From Lama glama (lineage: Eukaryota): a stretch of DNA of 64,000 bases. Below the pieces are notes generated by a model that saw only the letters and a list, made by a program, of their open reading frames with translations, ran no database searches and had not been told where the DNA came from. The DNA lies in NCBI GenBank assembly GCA_028534125.1, contig CM052822.1, forward strand, positions 52,452,001 to 52,516,000. Reading direction: 5' to 3'. How positions within the stretch are numbered: the first letter of the stretch is position 1; each line of letters opens with the position of its first letter. The position numbers and the translations under genes are program-made. This document shows positions 12,504-25,374 of the stretch, piece after piece.

Positions 12504-14365
12504 GTTTCCCTTTTCTGAGTCTTGGTTTTCTCTTTCATAAAAGAGGGATATTGAAATTGATTCTGATGTCTCCTCTCACTCCATGATTTATATGTAATAC
12601 ATCAGATTACCAGCTACACTTTATGGACTACAAAATTAAAACTAGCAGGTATAAGTTTCAAGAAAACTGATATTCATCAACAGAAACGTTTGAAATCATG
12701 CCATTATAATGCTAATGAAGACCACAGATGGCAAACATTCATTTGAATTTCAAATAGTTGTAGCTTTGCAAGTGTAGTGAAATGATTCAGCAAAATTTCA
12801 CATGGTAGGAAAATGTACATAATTGCCTTTCTCTTATTCAGTAGGACCCAGCAGGACACTGGGAGTATCTGTCAAAACTTCCATTGACTGATGCTAAAAA
12901 CAAGTATGAATTTTACTGGGGCTAGGTCACTCAGGTAATTCTGTAACACCATGGACTATGGTTTGAAGATATAGGAAGAGATTTACACTTCTTGTTAATT
13001 TGTTTCCTTTTTCTCTGTAATGATTTTACAACTAATGTATAGCATACTAGGTGTTTTCTTAGAGATTTAACTTTCTTGATTAATGACCTAGCAGAGAAGA
13101 AACCTTCATCTCCATATTCCCTGGAGAAACTCATAGTAAAAGCCACCTATAACCTTCCGATTGTAGACACAGAGGCCTCCATAAACTTTTCAGATGCATT
13201 TTGGTCATAGCCACAACACCATGAATGTGTTCAATGAAAAATGATCTAGACCAGTGGGTAATAAAATAGGCCACCTAGAATTATCTGAGAAGTACCTTAA
13301 AAATAAGATTAGCCTGGCCTCACTTTAGCATATTTTGATTCAATATATCTGTTGACAAGGACATTATCCCCACCCCCACCTAGGAAGATGTTGAGGTGGC
13401 TGGTCCACCTGTGTTTGGAAACAGCTGATAGAACCCTCCATCTCATAAGCCTTGGGACCTTGGAATCTACACACAAGACTCCAGCAACGCGCCCCACCCC
13501 CCTCCAGCTCCCAGAGCATTGGGATGGTTTGGTTTTACTCTCCATTCCCAGAGATACTCTCTATTGCACAAGGTCAAGAACCATGTGTAAGGAAACAGTA
13601 ACATATTGTAAAAGTACGGAGATACATCTGAGACACTCTAGCATATTAAGGAAATCCTATTTCCTAATAATCAAGAAACTTCAGTCTCCAATTAAGTGTT
13701 CTAACTGCTTATACGAATTTGAAAAGAAAAGAGCTAGATTATTCTCTTGCCTGGCCAGGTCCTAAGGTACATTTTCTCCTAGTCTGTACCATTCATTTGT
13801 AAGAAATAAAAAATTGGAAGGTCTTGAAATTTAGTGAGCACATTGCCTCATTCACCAAAAGGTTATCAGCGCCTTTGCCTTTGAGTATGTTATTTTACAA
13901 CATACAGAGGTAGATGCTAATTGTAGAAAACTGTTAGTAATGAGAATAATTTTTGTATGTAGAAATGCAAATTGTATTTAATGTGTCCAGTGTGACCACT
14001 GATTACTGCCTTGTGAATACTGACCAGTTTTGCAAAAATCACATCAGTATTCCTCATGGGACGATAAATATTTGGTACTTTGAGTTCCCATTTGAGTGGT
14101 TTATATCTTACTTGTACTCTCATTAACTAGTGAGTTAAACAGAAGATTTGGCAGGTGCTCAGTTTTATGAGAATCATCATCATATCCACTTTCGAAATTT
14201 ACCATTTAACCTGTTCATTTATTAAACAAACCTTCCCTGACTACCCACTGGCCACCACATTTGTTAAATAGTAAGCAAAGCAGGCACAGCCCTGGCTTTT
14301 ATGGAGTGTGTAAGTAGGGAAAAACAAAGAAGTCAACAGGCTCTAAGTAAGCAGGCAGTCCTATT

Positions 14366-14862
14366 TGTGCTAGGTGACCTCTAAATGGCATCAAGGGTCC
14401 CAGTGAACTGGTATTCTTGCTCTTGTGACATCCCTCCCAGTGAGTATGGCTTGGACACACTGACTTATCTGAAAGGAAGAGGAAAATAGAAGAGAAGAGG
14501 GAAGGAATGCTATGTCCAAGATTAAGTTATAGAAAATTATAAATCCAGTGTTGAGCATGCATCCTTGTTCTCTTGGTTTCTTGCCCTGCAGGAAGCCAGC
14601 TGCAATGCTGTGAGCTTACGGTGAGCCTCCAGTGATAAGGAACTGACATGTCCAGCCAACAGCCACACAAGTGAATGTAGAAGTGGATCTTCCCTCAATT
14701 GACCCTTGAGATGACCCCAGTCAAGCCCTTGCTTGCAAACTTGTGAGAAACCCTGAGCTAAAGAGGCACCTGGAATTCTTACACACAGTAATTTTAAGAC
14801 AGTTACTGTTGTTTTATGGCATCAAATTTTAAGGTAACTAGTTATGCAAAGATAATTATTAT
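14366..14862 (+). mobile_element. MaLR LTR (MLT1F/G-like)
   Basis: ggaagccagctgc, cagccaacagcca, gaagtggatcttcc, cttgtgagaaaccctgagc motifs. Confidence 0.7.
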
Positions 14863-15531
14863 ATTCTTTTTCTTGGAAAACTGTTAAAATATTATATCAC
14901 AAAGCTTAGGGTCAGTATGGGGATCTCATATCTAACATTGTTACCCCTCAGCCCAGTCATCCAGCAATCTGAGTATCCAGGTCCAAGTGAACCACACTGG
15001 AAACTGCAGACACAAGACTGCAAACAACCAGAAAGAAAGCAAACCATTCTTCTCCCAGAGGGGTCTAATGTGACAGTAGAACTCTCACAAGTACTACACA
15101 CATGACCATAGCAAAAGGGAAATACAGTTTGTGATACGATATAAATCATGAAACAGCTCTTTTTAATAAGATGTAAAAAAAATTATCCAGCCCCTGTTTG
15201 AACCCCCATGGTTTCTTCTCAGATTTTTTTCTACACTAATTCCATTTTGTTTTCTTTCTTGTGATTTCAGCAATTTCATATGCCATCCCCTTTTTAAGAG
15301 TCAGCACGGGCCAGCGTGAGAAACAACAGATAAGAGAAAGCCCACAGATTTTGGAACCAGAAATGCCCAGTTTAAACTCTGGCTGTTGCTAATTGTAGAG
15401 CCCTGGGTAAATCTCTGAACCTTTAAATAGGCATGCTAATATTAACCTCTCAGAGTTGCTGCTAATACTTCACCTTCAAATTTTGAAGTAATGCACTGAA
15501 GGACTGAGCATGCAGTAGGTCTAGATAAATA

Positions 15532-16031
15532 CAGATCTTTCTTCACTTACGATGGGGTTACGTCCCAACAGACCCATTGCAAACTGAAAATACTGTAAGC
15601 CAAAAGTGCATTTAAAACACTTAACCTACCAAACCTCATTGCTTAACCAAGCCTACCGTAAATGTGCTCAGAACACTTATGTTAGCCTACAGCTGGGCAA
15701 AATCATTTAACACAAAGCCTATTTTATAAAAAAGTGCTGAATGTTTCATTTAAATTTGATAAATTAGTAATTTATCAAATACTGTACCGGAAGCGGAAAA
15801 CAGAATGGGGGAAAGCATCTCTGTTGTTTTCCCTTGTGATGTTGTGGCTGCCTGGCTGCTGGGGCTCACTGCCACTGCCCAGCAGCACAAGACGGGGTCT
15901 CCCTCCATCTCACCAGCCCGGGAAAAGATCAAAACTCCAAATTCAAGGTGTGGTTTCTACCAAATGAGTCTCTCACACCACCACCAAAGTTGAAAAATCA
16001 AGCTGAACCACTGTCAGCTGGGGACCGTCTG
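15532..16031. mobile_element. Tigger5/MER47-family TcMar DNA transposon inserted into the tail of a MIR (~15340-15530)
   Basis: TA|cagat...cttacgatggggttacgtccc...gctcagaacactta...ttagcctacag...ggggaccgtctg. Confidence 0.85.
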
Positions 16032-17591
16032 GAACAGTCATCATTATTATTCCTTCCCTCATGGCTTTTCTTAAGGCCAATCTGATGGCATCTCCATTTT
16101 ATTAAAAATCCCTTTGTCAAGTTGTATTTAATAGCAAAAGACATTCCAGATTCCACCCACGTGCCTATCTCAGGATCTAGAATATCTTATTTCAGAGTAA
16201 AGATACATGTGCAACATGGAAATATTGGCTCATCAGCAACTATTGAATGTAGAAGAAAGGTTGTTTGCTGGCATTGGCCAAGTTAAAGCACAGGAAATTG
16301 ACCACAAGGCAATCCACAGTGTGCTCCCTCCCTGAACATAAAATGAAATGTTGACTAACTGACCAACAACTCAAAACATTGAAAAATCTTTAAACTAGAT
16401 TTAGCAATATACATTTGGTTGCCTCCTGAGCAGGAAAACAGAGAACTAGGGAACAGGAGTGAGAGGGAGATTTCATCTTAACAGCCTATTTGTTGGTAGT
16501 TAAAAATTTTTGTACTGTATGCAGGTATTACCTCATCAAAATGTTATTCAGTAATGAAAACGGACCCCCTCTGAATCACATTAACATTGCACAATTAATC
16601 TTTGCCTTTCAGTTTTATTATTCCCAACATTTTTTTTCTCTTTTAGTAGAAGAGAAAATGAATTCTAATTTTTTTTTTTTTCAAAAGTAGTACAAGTATC
16701 AGTTTCTCAGCCCATGGAGCTAGCCACCCTCCAGATGCAGACTTACCTCCAATCTGACTGAACATTTCACCCCGCTCTGCTTATCTGTGGTTGGGAAGGG
16801 GTTCACCTCTCTTCTGGCTCTCCCAGAGGAGAAAAACGCTGAAACTTCCCACCAGCTTTTAGGCTAATTATGCAGTCATGAGCCACAGCTGTAGGCAGCT
16901 TGCCCTTGGCTGCACCCAGGACACACCTGGATGCATCAAACTAAAGCCTCCATTTTCTCCTCATCTCTGCCATCCCAGCACTGCTGGGGTGAGAGATATT
17001 CTGTCTTTGCTCTTGGGCCATCATAATAGTGCCTCTTCACTGAAGAGTCGAAATAAGACAAGGAGGGGAAGAAACACTTAAACTTAAAACAGGAAAGACA
17101 TTTTAATTCTCCTTCAATCCAATTAATAGTAGTAGTTATTTCAATGGGCTTAGCATTCTTCCCTCTGCTGGATGGTTAGTGGAAAATGTATGTCTTTAAA
17201 TACGTTGAAACTATTATAGCCAAGATTTCGAGAAAACAAAACAAAAACAAAAAACCTTGACCTGATTCAAAAGCAAATTAACTCCTAATTAACCAGGACA
17301 GACCAAAGGTTTTCTACCTTGGAGATCTGCTTCCAGCTTCCATGGAGAGTTGGGTCCTAAGAGAGGGCTGAGTGGAAGGGAAGGCTATGAAGGTGTGCCA
17401 GCTCTCCACCCTTTGCGTCTTCACCAGGAACAGTTGGGTCTTCTGTCTCAGAGGCTGGGAAGGCACATCAATCATTAGGGACCTTGCTCTTGTTTTGTTT
17501 CTTCTCTGTTTCCCACCCTCTGCCCATATATTTTTCCTCTCCTAATTTTAAACTCATTAACATCATGGGCTTTATTTTTAACATGTTCACT

Positions 17592-17702
17592 CTTTTTTTT
17601 GTAACTTTTTTTTTTCTTTCAATTGGAGGGACTAGGGAATTGAATCTGGGACCTTCTGCATGCGAAGCATGTGCTCACTACTGAGTTGCACCCCTACCCC
17701 CC
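17592..17702 (-). mobile_element. tRNA-derived SINE (camelid Vic-1-like)
   Basis: Reverse complement ggggtgcaactcagtagtgagcacatgcttcgcatgcagaaggtcccagattcaattccc plus A tail. TSD-like aacatgttcactcttt (17580-17595) / aacatgcccacttttt (17703-17718). Confidence 0.8.
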
Positions 17703-17713
17703 AACATGCCCAC

Positions 17714-17795
17714 TTTTTTCTAATTGAAGTACAGTCAATTATAATGCATCAATTTCTGATGTACATAAGCACAATGTCCCAGTCATGCATATATA

Positions 17796-17826
<31 letters not shown>

Positions 17827-17883
17827 TCATTTTCATATTTTTTTCCATTAAAGGGTTATTACAAGATATTGAACATAGTTTCC
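17714..17883 (-). mobile_element. L1 3' end (camelid-type) containing an (AT)n(AC)n microsatellite
   Basis: aattgaagtacagtca...cacaatgtcccagtcatgcatata...ttattacaagatattgaacatagtt. It is the reverse of the family seen at 59681-59925. Confidence 0.85.
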
Positions 17884-18435
17884 TTAGGTATGTTTTGCAT
17901 TGCTTTCTTTCCTAGCAGATTTCTGCTCTTCACTTTGCCCAAAGTCACACAGCTCAGTACGTAAAGTAATTACTCCTCTGTGCCTTTTTTTCCTTGCTAT
18001 AAAATAGAGATGGTAATGGTCCTGCCTCGTGGAGCTATTGGGAGAATGAAATAAATCAGAAGAGACACGGGCACTTTTCTTAGAACAGTGCCTGATATGA
18101 AGGAAGCACTATATAGGCAGACAGTATTTTTATGGAAAATTTCACTTATGTTCCTCTTACACTGTTTTTTCACTATTAGCTTATGTCATTGAATTTTAAT
18201 TTTAGCATTATCTTAGTTCTTCTGCTTATTTTTAGGTGTCCCTGTCACTTTAAATCATTATGTCTAATTCATTTTGCTTTACTGTTATCACTCGCTAATA
18301 TTTTACTCCAATTACCAGTTTAAGCCTGTCCTTCATTTGCATTTCGTTGACCCTCCTCATTCTCCTGTTTGTTCTTTTTGGTTGTGTTGGATGGAGGGTG
18401 GGACAGGGATTATTAGGCTGGTGGCAGTGATTTTT

Positions 18436-18539
18436 TTAATTTTATAACTTCTGAGATAAAACTGGTATATTACATTATGTAAGTTTTCAGGTAAACAACA
18501 TTGTAATTCAACATATGTATATACACTAAAAAGCAATCA
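18436..18539 (-). mobile_element. Short L1 3' end with TSD
   Basis: tacattatgtaagttttcaggtaaacaacattgtaattcaacat. 17-bp TSD (15/17) at 18419-18435 and 18540-18556. Confidence 0.7.
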
Positions 18540-18599
18540 TGGTGGTGGTGATTTTTAATGACTTGTCTCCATTACGGGCAACAGGGAGTGAGTCTGAAA

Positions 18600-18783
18600 A
18601 AGTGGTTACCAGACTTTAGTGTCCCTCAGAGTTATCAAGAGGGCTTGTTAAAACACCGATAGATGGCATCACTCCCAGAGTTTCTGATTCAGTGGTCTGG
18701 GTTGGGGCCGAAAAATCTGCATGTCTTTCAAGCTCCCAGGGGATGCTGAGGCTGCCAGCTGATGACATTTTGGGATCCACTGG
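18600..18783. mobile_element. MER5A hAT-Charlie MITE
   Basis: gggcttgttaaaaca...cccagagtttctgattcagtggtctggg...atctgcatgtct...ccactgg. Confidence 0.85.
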
Positions 18784-20360
18784 TTTGGAGGAGTATGAAG
18801 AAAGGAGAGAGTCCTTATCATAAACTAGGGAAAACCCTCTCCATTTCTTACTAAGCACCCACATGTGTTTTGGATTCTCCCCAACACATTCCACTCCCTG
18901 CTCAGTATGAGCTCTCCTAGGGCCATTAACCCTCCTCTTTATGTGGGTCGTTGATTGGCTGAAAAGGTTACTTAGTAGAACCTCATATCATCTCCCCATG
19001 AGAAAATACGTGACTTTGAATCTGTGGTATCCAAACTATAGAATAATTGATTTTTAGGCAAAGCTTGGAGATTGCATGCTAGGAGGGAAGAGCAAGGTGA
19101 ACCTCGCACCCAAGAATATGCAGTTTTGGCCTGACCCCTGTGAGGCGCCAGGAGCAGCTCTAGCAGCAGGGCTCTAGAGGGAGGGGAACGGGAGTGCAGG
19201 AACATGGACATCAGGTTCCTGTCACTGCTTTCAAAGTCATCACTTCCAACATAATTTAAGGAGAATGATGACAGAGACGTCTGAAACCCCCACTATGGCC
19301 CATCTCTGTCCCCTCCCTTGCTCCCAGGGATAACTGTCTCCCTCTGGTGGATGTGTACTCTTCCCATGCATGTTGGTATCATTTTATGATCTGTGTCTAC
19401 CAATAATATATAGCATTGTTAACACGTTATACGATATTTGCATAGTTTGTATCTTTCTTCTTACTTTCTGATCATGGTCTAGGTCTCCACTTTACCTCTA
19501 TCACTGTGTCCCCGAACCTCTCCACTCCCCCAAATTCTGAAATTACAGGGATATACTATCCTGAGAAAAACAAGAGTCCCTCAGAGGACACTTTATCAAA
19601 TTTGGATCCAAGCTACACTAACAATTCTGTTAATAGTTCCCTCTTTGACCTAAACCTCTTGTTGGCTCTGTGTCCTCCACCAAGAGAAGGATTTTCCCAC
19701 TGAAAGGATTCTTCCCCAATATTAAATCATCTTCCTGACTTCTTCCTACCTCTCCACCCTGCCATCCCAAGTACACCACAAAGTTTCAGAAAATGAGAGG
19801 TCACTTCACTCTTTCCAGATGAGGGGATCTGCCCCCATTGCCTGATCCAGCCATCTCACCAGGGAGCCTCAGTCCAGTGGGGATAATGGTCCATCAGGAA
19901 TCCTGCAGACTCATTCCCCACTTCGGCCCAGGTGGGCTTGGCCAGCTGGATGTGGAATGCACAGCTCTACAGGCAATGGCACCCTGGGCCACCAGCCACA
20001 TGGCACCGGTAATGAGTGTGTCTTTCTAATCCTGGGAGGTCTGGAGTATGATCTGCATTCTCCAAGAATCCCGTCATGCATTTTTGGCTGGTTGGGACTC
20101 AGACAGTAAGGTCTCCAAAATGTTGAGGGCTTTTTAATATTAATTGCCTTATCCATTTCTCTGTATTTGGTCTTCGGGGTCTTTTAATGCTCCAGCCATG
20201 AGGGGAAAAATATCCTACAGAGATACAGGTGGGTCTACCATCCTTACCTCTGTCCTTTAGAGCTACTGTTGCAACACTGCCTAACTCATTAGGAGAGAAA
20301 TCTTTTCCTGTGATTTTAGATCTTGTTCCTTGGCAAACTGACTATGATGTCTCTCCACTC

Positions 20361-20496
20361 TGAGGTAAAGCACATAGTTTATCATCTAAACTGGAATGTT
20401 TTTGAGAGCGACAAATGCTAAACCATTCGGGGTGCTAGTAAAACAGGAGGACTCCAGACAGTCCAGACAAGCCAGATGCATGGTCATGGTCACCCT
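20361..20496. mobile_element. MER94-like hAT-Blackjack MITE
   Basis: tttatcatctaaactgg...tttttgagagcga...atggtcacccta terminus. Confidence 0.65.
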
Positions 20497-21047
20497 ACTT
20501 AATGTGTACAATCCCTCTCCACAGAGAAGCTTCCAGAGGAAGCTTTCAGCAAACAGGCTGTGGTGTCACCCCTGCCAGGACCATCTGCTCATGTTTGCAG
20601 CTCCAGGAAGCCTTGAGATTGGCTAAGTCACACAAAATATATTTGGACACATGTGGGATCTCTAGTCCAACTGCCAGTGTTCTTCTGGTGAAGAAATCTG
20701 TACGAGTCCAGGTTATAAATAGAAACTTCATTATCTGTGCACTGTGTTTCTGCCTTGGCTCCAAATGGAGGAACTGCCATCAACATTTCCTTTCTCCAAG
20801 GAAAGTGTTGGAGACTTTGACAAACACTTCTGCCCTCTCAGAAGTGCCAAATAAAAATCTTCCATTCTTAGCCACTCTCAGTACTAGCAACTCCTCATGC
20901 AAAGAGTAGTCACTTGAATGACTGGATAGACCAGGGAGAAACAAGCATCCATTAGGCCACATTTTTCTATTGTTCAAGGATGATAATAATATACCTAATC
21001 TTTACTGAGTATTTGCTATATGCCAGGAACCTTACATGGCTTGCATG

Positions 21048-21503
21048 GTATATTCGTTTCCTTTGGCTGTTTGTTATAACAAATTATGACAAACTTGGCT
21101 TAAAACAACAGAAATTTATTCTCTTATAATTCTGGAGTCCAGAAGTTTGAAATCAAGGTGTCGAAAGGGTTGTGTTCCCTCCAGAGGTTCTGGTGGAGAA
21201 AGTCTTTGCCTATTCCAGCTTCTGGTGGCTGCCAGCATCCCTTTACATGTGGCCGAATCACTCTAATCTCTGCCTCTCTGGCCACACAGCTGCCTCCTCT
21301 TCTGCTGGTCTAACATTTCTCTGCCTCACTCTGGTAAGGATACTCGTCACTTGATTTTGGACCTAGCCGGACAGTCCAAGATGATTTCCTCATCTCAAGA
21401 TCTTTAACTTTATTGTATCTGCAAAACCTTTTTTTCAACATTCACCCAATCTAGGGAAGAGAAAATGGACATATCTTTTGGGGGATCATTCTTCAATCTA
21501 CTT
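21048..21503 (-). mobile_element. MaLR LTR (MLT1C/D-like) inserted in a MIR
   Basis: ggcttaaaacaacagaaatttattctc...ccagcttctggtggctgccagcatcc...ggacatatcttttgggg. Confidence 0.85.
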
Positions 21504-22216
21504 AATGTGGGTTATCTCTCCAAATTCTCACAACAGAAGTCTACAAGATGGGTACTAGTAATAGCGCCTCTATTTTTCCAGGCGGGAAATGGGGATACGT
21601 TCTCAGGTCACAGAGCTAATCAGTGGAGTAGCAGGAGTCGAGCCTAGAGAGCTGGACTAGAGTGTCCACATTCTTCGAGCTCATGCACGCCCCTTCTAGA
21701 TCTCCTACTCTCTCTTATACTTCTTTCCACATACATTTCTAAAAGGTCAGAGATCTTTGTTACTTCTGGCTTCCATATGATAAACAGACTAATTACAGAC
21801 CAAAGGTACAAGGCCTACCTACAGACCAAATAGGTCAGACCGAGCAGGGAAGCCCCATTCTCCACATTCCCTTGATATGCTGTAATTTTTGCCAAACGAG
21901 ATATATGTGTATTTCTCCTATATCATGAAAATATGTGTTGCTCAAAAAAAAAGTTGCTCAGTAAAATTATTAGAGTTTATGGGGAAACAGATTATGAGCA
22001 GACCACTCAAAATCTATGCAACTTGGTGACCAGGACACTAAAAAAACAAATAAATAAAAGCAAAAGAATAATAATTATCTCAGAGAGAACTCTGAACGCC
22101 CAGGCAGGCAGCTCAGCGTGGCTGAAGGATGCCTCAGAGAATACTAAAAATGTGCAAACAGAACAGAACAAAACCAAAAAACCCAGCAGAGTGAAACTTT
22201 GGGACACGTGGTTTAC

Positions 22217-22284
22217 GTGTGTGTCTGTGTCTGTGTCTGTGTCTGTGTGTCTGTGTGTGTGTGTATCTGTGTGTCTGTGTGTGT
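22217..22284. repeat. Compound (GT)n/(GTGTCT)n microsatellite
   Basis: gtgtgtgtctgtgtctgtgtctgtgtctgtgtgtct... Confidence 0.9.
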
Positions 22285-23041
22285 TTTAGTGTCTACACCC
22301 TCCCATTGCTGGCAGGCTTGTGGGACCCCACCTGCAGGTGCTGAGACCTGCTTCCACTCGCCCTGCACCAGCAGGACTAAGTAGCTGACATTCAGATTTC
22401 ACCTTAAAATGAAAGAGCAAATATGAGCCCCACCTTCATAGAACAGTTCTGCTACATACATTTGTTTAATGTGACTTAGCTCACACATAACTGGTAGACA
22501 GGGGAGTGTTATCAGGTTAACACAGAAGTTGAACTGGTTCATACTCAATTTTTCCTTAGCCAAAGGAGAGAGGAATTATAATCTTTTGCAGGAAAGAAAT
22601 TTCAGCTTCTACAGTGGCAGCAGCTTTAATTTTTAAACATGAAGCAAATTATCTGTGCTCTCAGAGAGACCACAACTTTTCAGGGTTCTTGCCTCATGGG
22701 AGGTTGTGTTGTCTCAAGTGCCCACTTTACAGGCAGCCCCAGAGGTTCAGGGGTCCACTTCTACCCACACTGTCTCTGCACCATCCAGAACTACCGCCTT
22801 CTTATGTCTTCTCTCATTGGTTCAGAATCTTGAAGGAAGGAGAGGTGAGGGATGAGGACCTCCCTCACCTTTAACATCGTGGACACAGGCTCCGCTACAG
22901 GCAAGCTTGACCTAAACCTCCCATTTCAGATGCTCATACGGAATCCCAGCGTATCAGTTACTGCAGTAACAGCACCATGCCCTTGGAGAGTGCTTGCTGC
23001 TTGTCAGGGACGTTCTGACGCTATTACAAGGTCTTATGCAT

Positions 23042-23527
23042 TGAAGGGGATCAGGATATGCCATCCCCAAATATGCCACTTCAATATAAGGATTACTTTG
23101 AGCTGAAGGCATCCGAGTTCCTGAAACTCCTCATCTGCCTAAAAGCAGAGAGAGCCTTCCCAAAGAACTCAATTGTCCTAAGTCCCCTCCAGGAAGCAAC
23201 TCCAATCTTCTCTTCTGGGAGAAAAGAAGTCAGCACCACCCCCAGACACACAGAGCCACAAACGCTCATGTCCCTCATATACTGCCCTAAGGGTCCATTT
23301 ATCTTTCCAAAGGGTCCATTTATCTTTCCTTTCTCCCCCTTCTTTCTCCCTACCAAGTTAGGTAAATAGACCCTCAATTCTAACCACCCCTTTGAGTTAC
23401 TCATCTCTGAGTGCTCCTGTGCAATACACATGCTAATAAACCTGTTTCTCCTCCAGCTAATCCATTTTTTGTTAGTCCAATTTACAGGGCCTCAGCCAGA
23501 GAACTTAGGAAGGTAGAGAAACCCTAT
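23042..23527 (+). mobile_element. ERV1 solo LTR (MER34-like) inserted in a MIR
   Basis: Start tgaagggg...atatgccatccccaaatatgccact...tttgagctgaaggca. AATAAA at 23435-23440 and aatttacagggcc near the end. Confidence 0.8.
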
Positions 23528-25374
23528 GAAGGTAGGTGCTTTCAGTGGAGGAATCTAAGACATGGAAAAGTTCAGTGCTTTAGCTAAGGTCATTGTTGCT
23601 ACCAAAGGCACAGACTGGAGAAAGAGCTAAGTTCTAGAGCTGGAATGACAGTTCTGGGGGAGGCGAGTTAGGAGAGAGTGGATAAAAGGACAACAAAAAA
23701 GGAAGGGGTTGATGCCAAGCTTCTTGAGCTGATGACAAAGGGAAATTGTAGGATCAATCTACATAAACTGGAATAAAATTCTATGGGTTTATAAATGTTG
23801 TCCTGGGGATGCCCAGATATGTGATAGCTGATTAAACATATTAATTTTTTAAGTACATAACAACAAAATTAATTTAAGCTATTCTTAACTACAACAGCAG
23901 CCTAGAACAATTCTTAGATTTATCAAAAATGGACTTCTGATAGAAGAGCTAAAATTTTCCACAATGGTAAATAAAAATGATCACCACCAACATTCTTCAT
24001 AACTTGATTCTTAATGATCAGATGCCACTTTCGGATGAGCTGGACACAGTCCCATAGAGAACAGAAAGATGAGCATTGTTTTATAGACTAATGACGTGGT
24101 TCTATTACTATCTCGAACCGTGAGTGGCCTGAACAATCAGGCTCTGCAAGCTCATTACTGCCAGGAAACAGCTACAGACCAACTTTTTAAATGTGAAAAT
24201 CGTTATTTTTGGAGGATGTCCCAGAACTTTAATCAGTTTATAAACAGGCCAACACAAGTTACCTCAGTTATCTGGGCGAATATTGAGCATAAAACAGCAT
24301 CTTGGAGAATGTGTGAGCAAGTAGCTCTGCTCAAAGTCAGCTATTCTATGGGTGCTAAAAGGCAGGGATTTTTTTTAATGTTTATTTTTTTTTGTGCTTG
24401 TTTATCTAAAGTGAGCATCTGGTTATAAGTGCTTTAAGTTATTTTTAAGCTAAATCAATTGTTGCCATGCTACACAGAGCAGAGCTCTGGACTCTATTTT
24501 ATGTACATCTGTATGCTAGAATAGATCCAAAGTATATTTTAGCCCTCCGCAGGTATTTTTCTAATTCATTCAGGTGAAGCAGGCATGACAAAGGCCGGTA
24601 TAGAAACACAGATGAAATCTGATTATGTATTTGCTTTGTGTCCATCCTTATTACTCTTTGTTCTTTTACTTCAGTTCTAATATATCCTACCTGGTCACAT
24701 ATAATGGATCATTGTAAGAAGCTGTAAGTTGTTTTTTGAAGAAGGTGAGATATAAATTGTGAAAGGAGTTAAATATATTTTAAAGACATTATTTGAAATA
24801 TATTTATATTTCTTCAAATATAAATTCAACTACTAGTGTAAACATTCACAGGTACACATGAAAATGCCTCCAAAATTTGCACAAGAACTTGTTCTTCCAG
24901 TTGAACTGAATTATTTAGTGAATGAAGGTTCCTGTTCTTAGCTTATAAGCCACAATTAAAGCCTCTGGGTACCAAATACTATATCTTCCTAAACAGGAAC
25001 ATTCTGCAATAGTCACCTTTTGTAAGGAGACAGCATTGTCTTTTCAATAAGCTTTAATCTATTCTAAAACAGAAAAGTTGCATGCGCATTTAAACACACT
25101 ATTTCCAAATCTGGAAACATCCAACTTCTAGGCAGGAATAGCCAAGACAGAGTGAGTCATCTTCTCCAGTTGGCCTTCCAGTCAACAAAGGACTAAACCT
25201 CCCCCCTCACGACCATGAGCTTTATACATGAAGCACATATCCAGCCCTCAGCTTATAAGCCCTTTTACTGGAACTTACAGGCACAAGTTCAACAATTTCC
25301 CAAGTCCTAACTTCATTCTTTAAATGGAACTGAAAGAACTGTTTTCATTATCAGATAAAATACCTCCCTAACTT

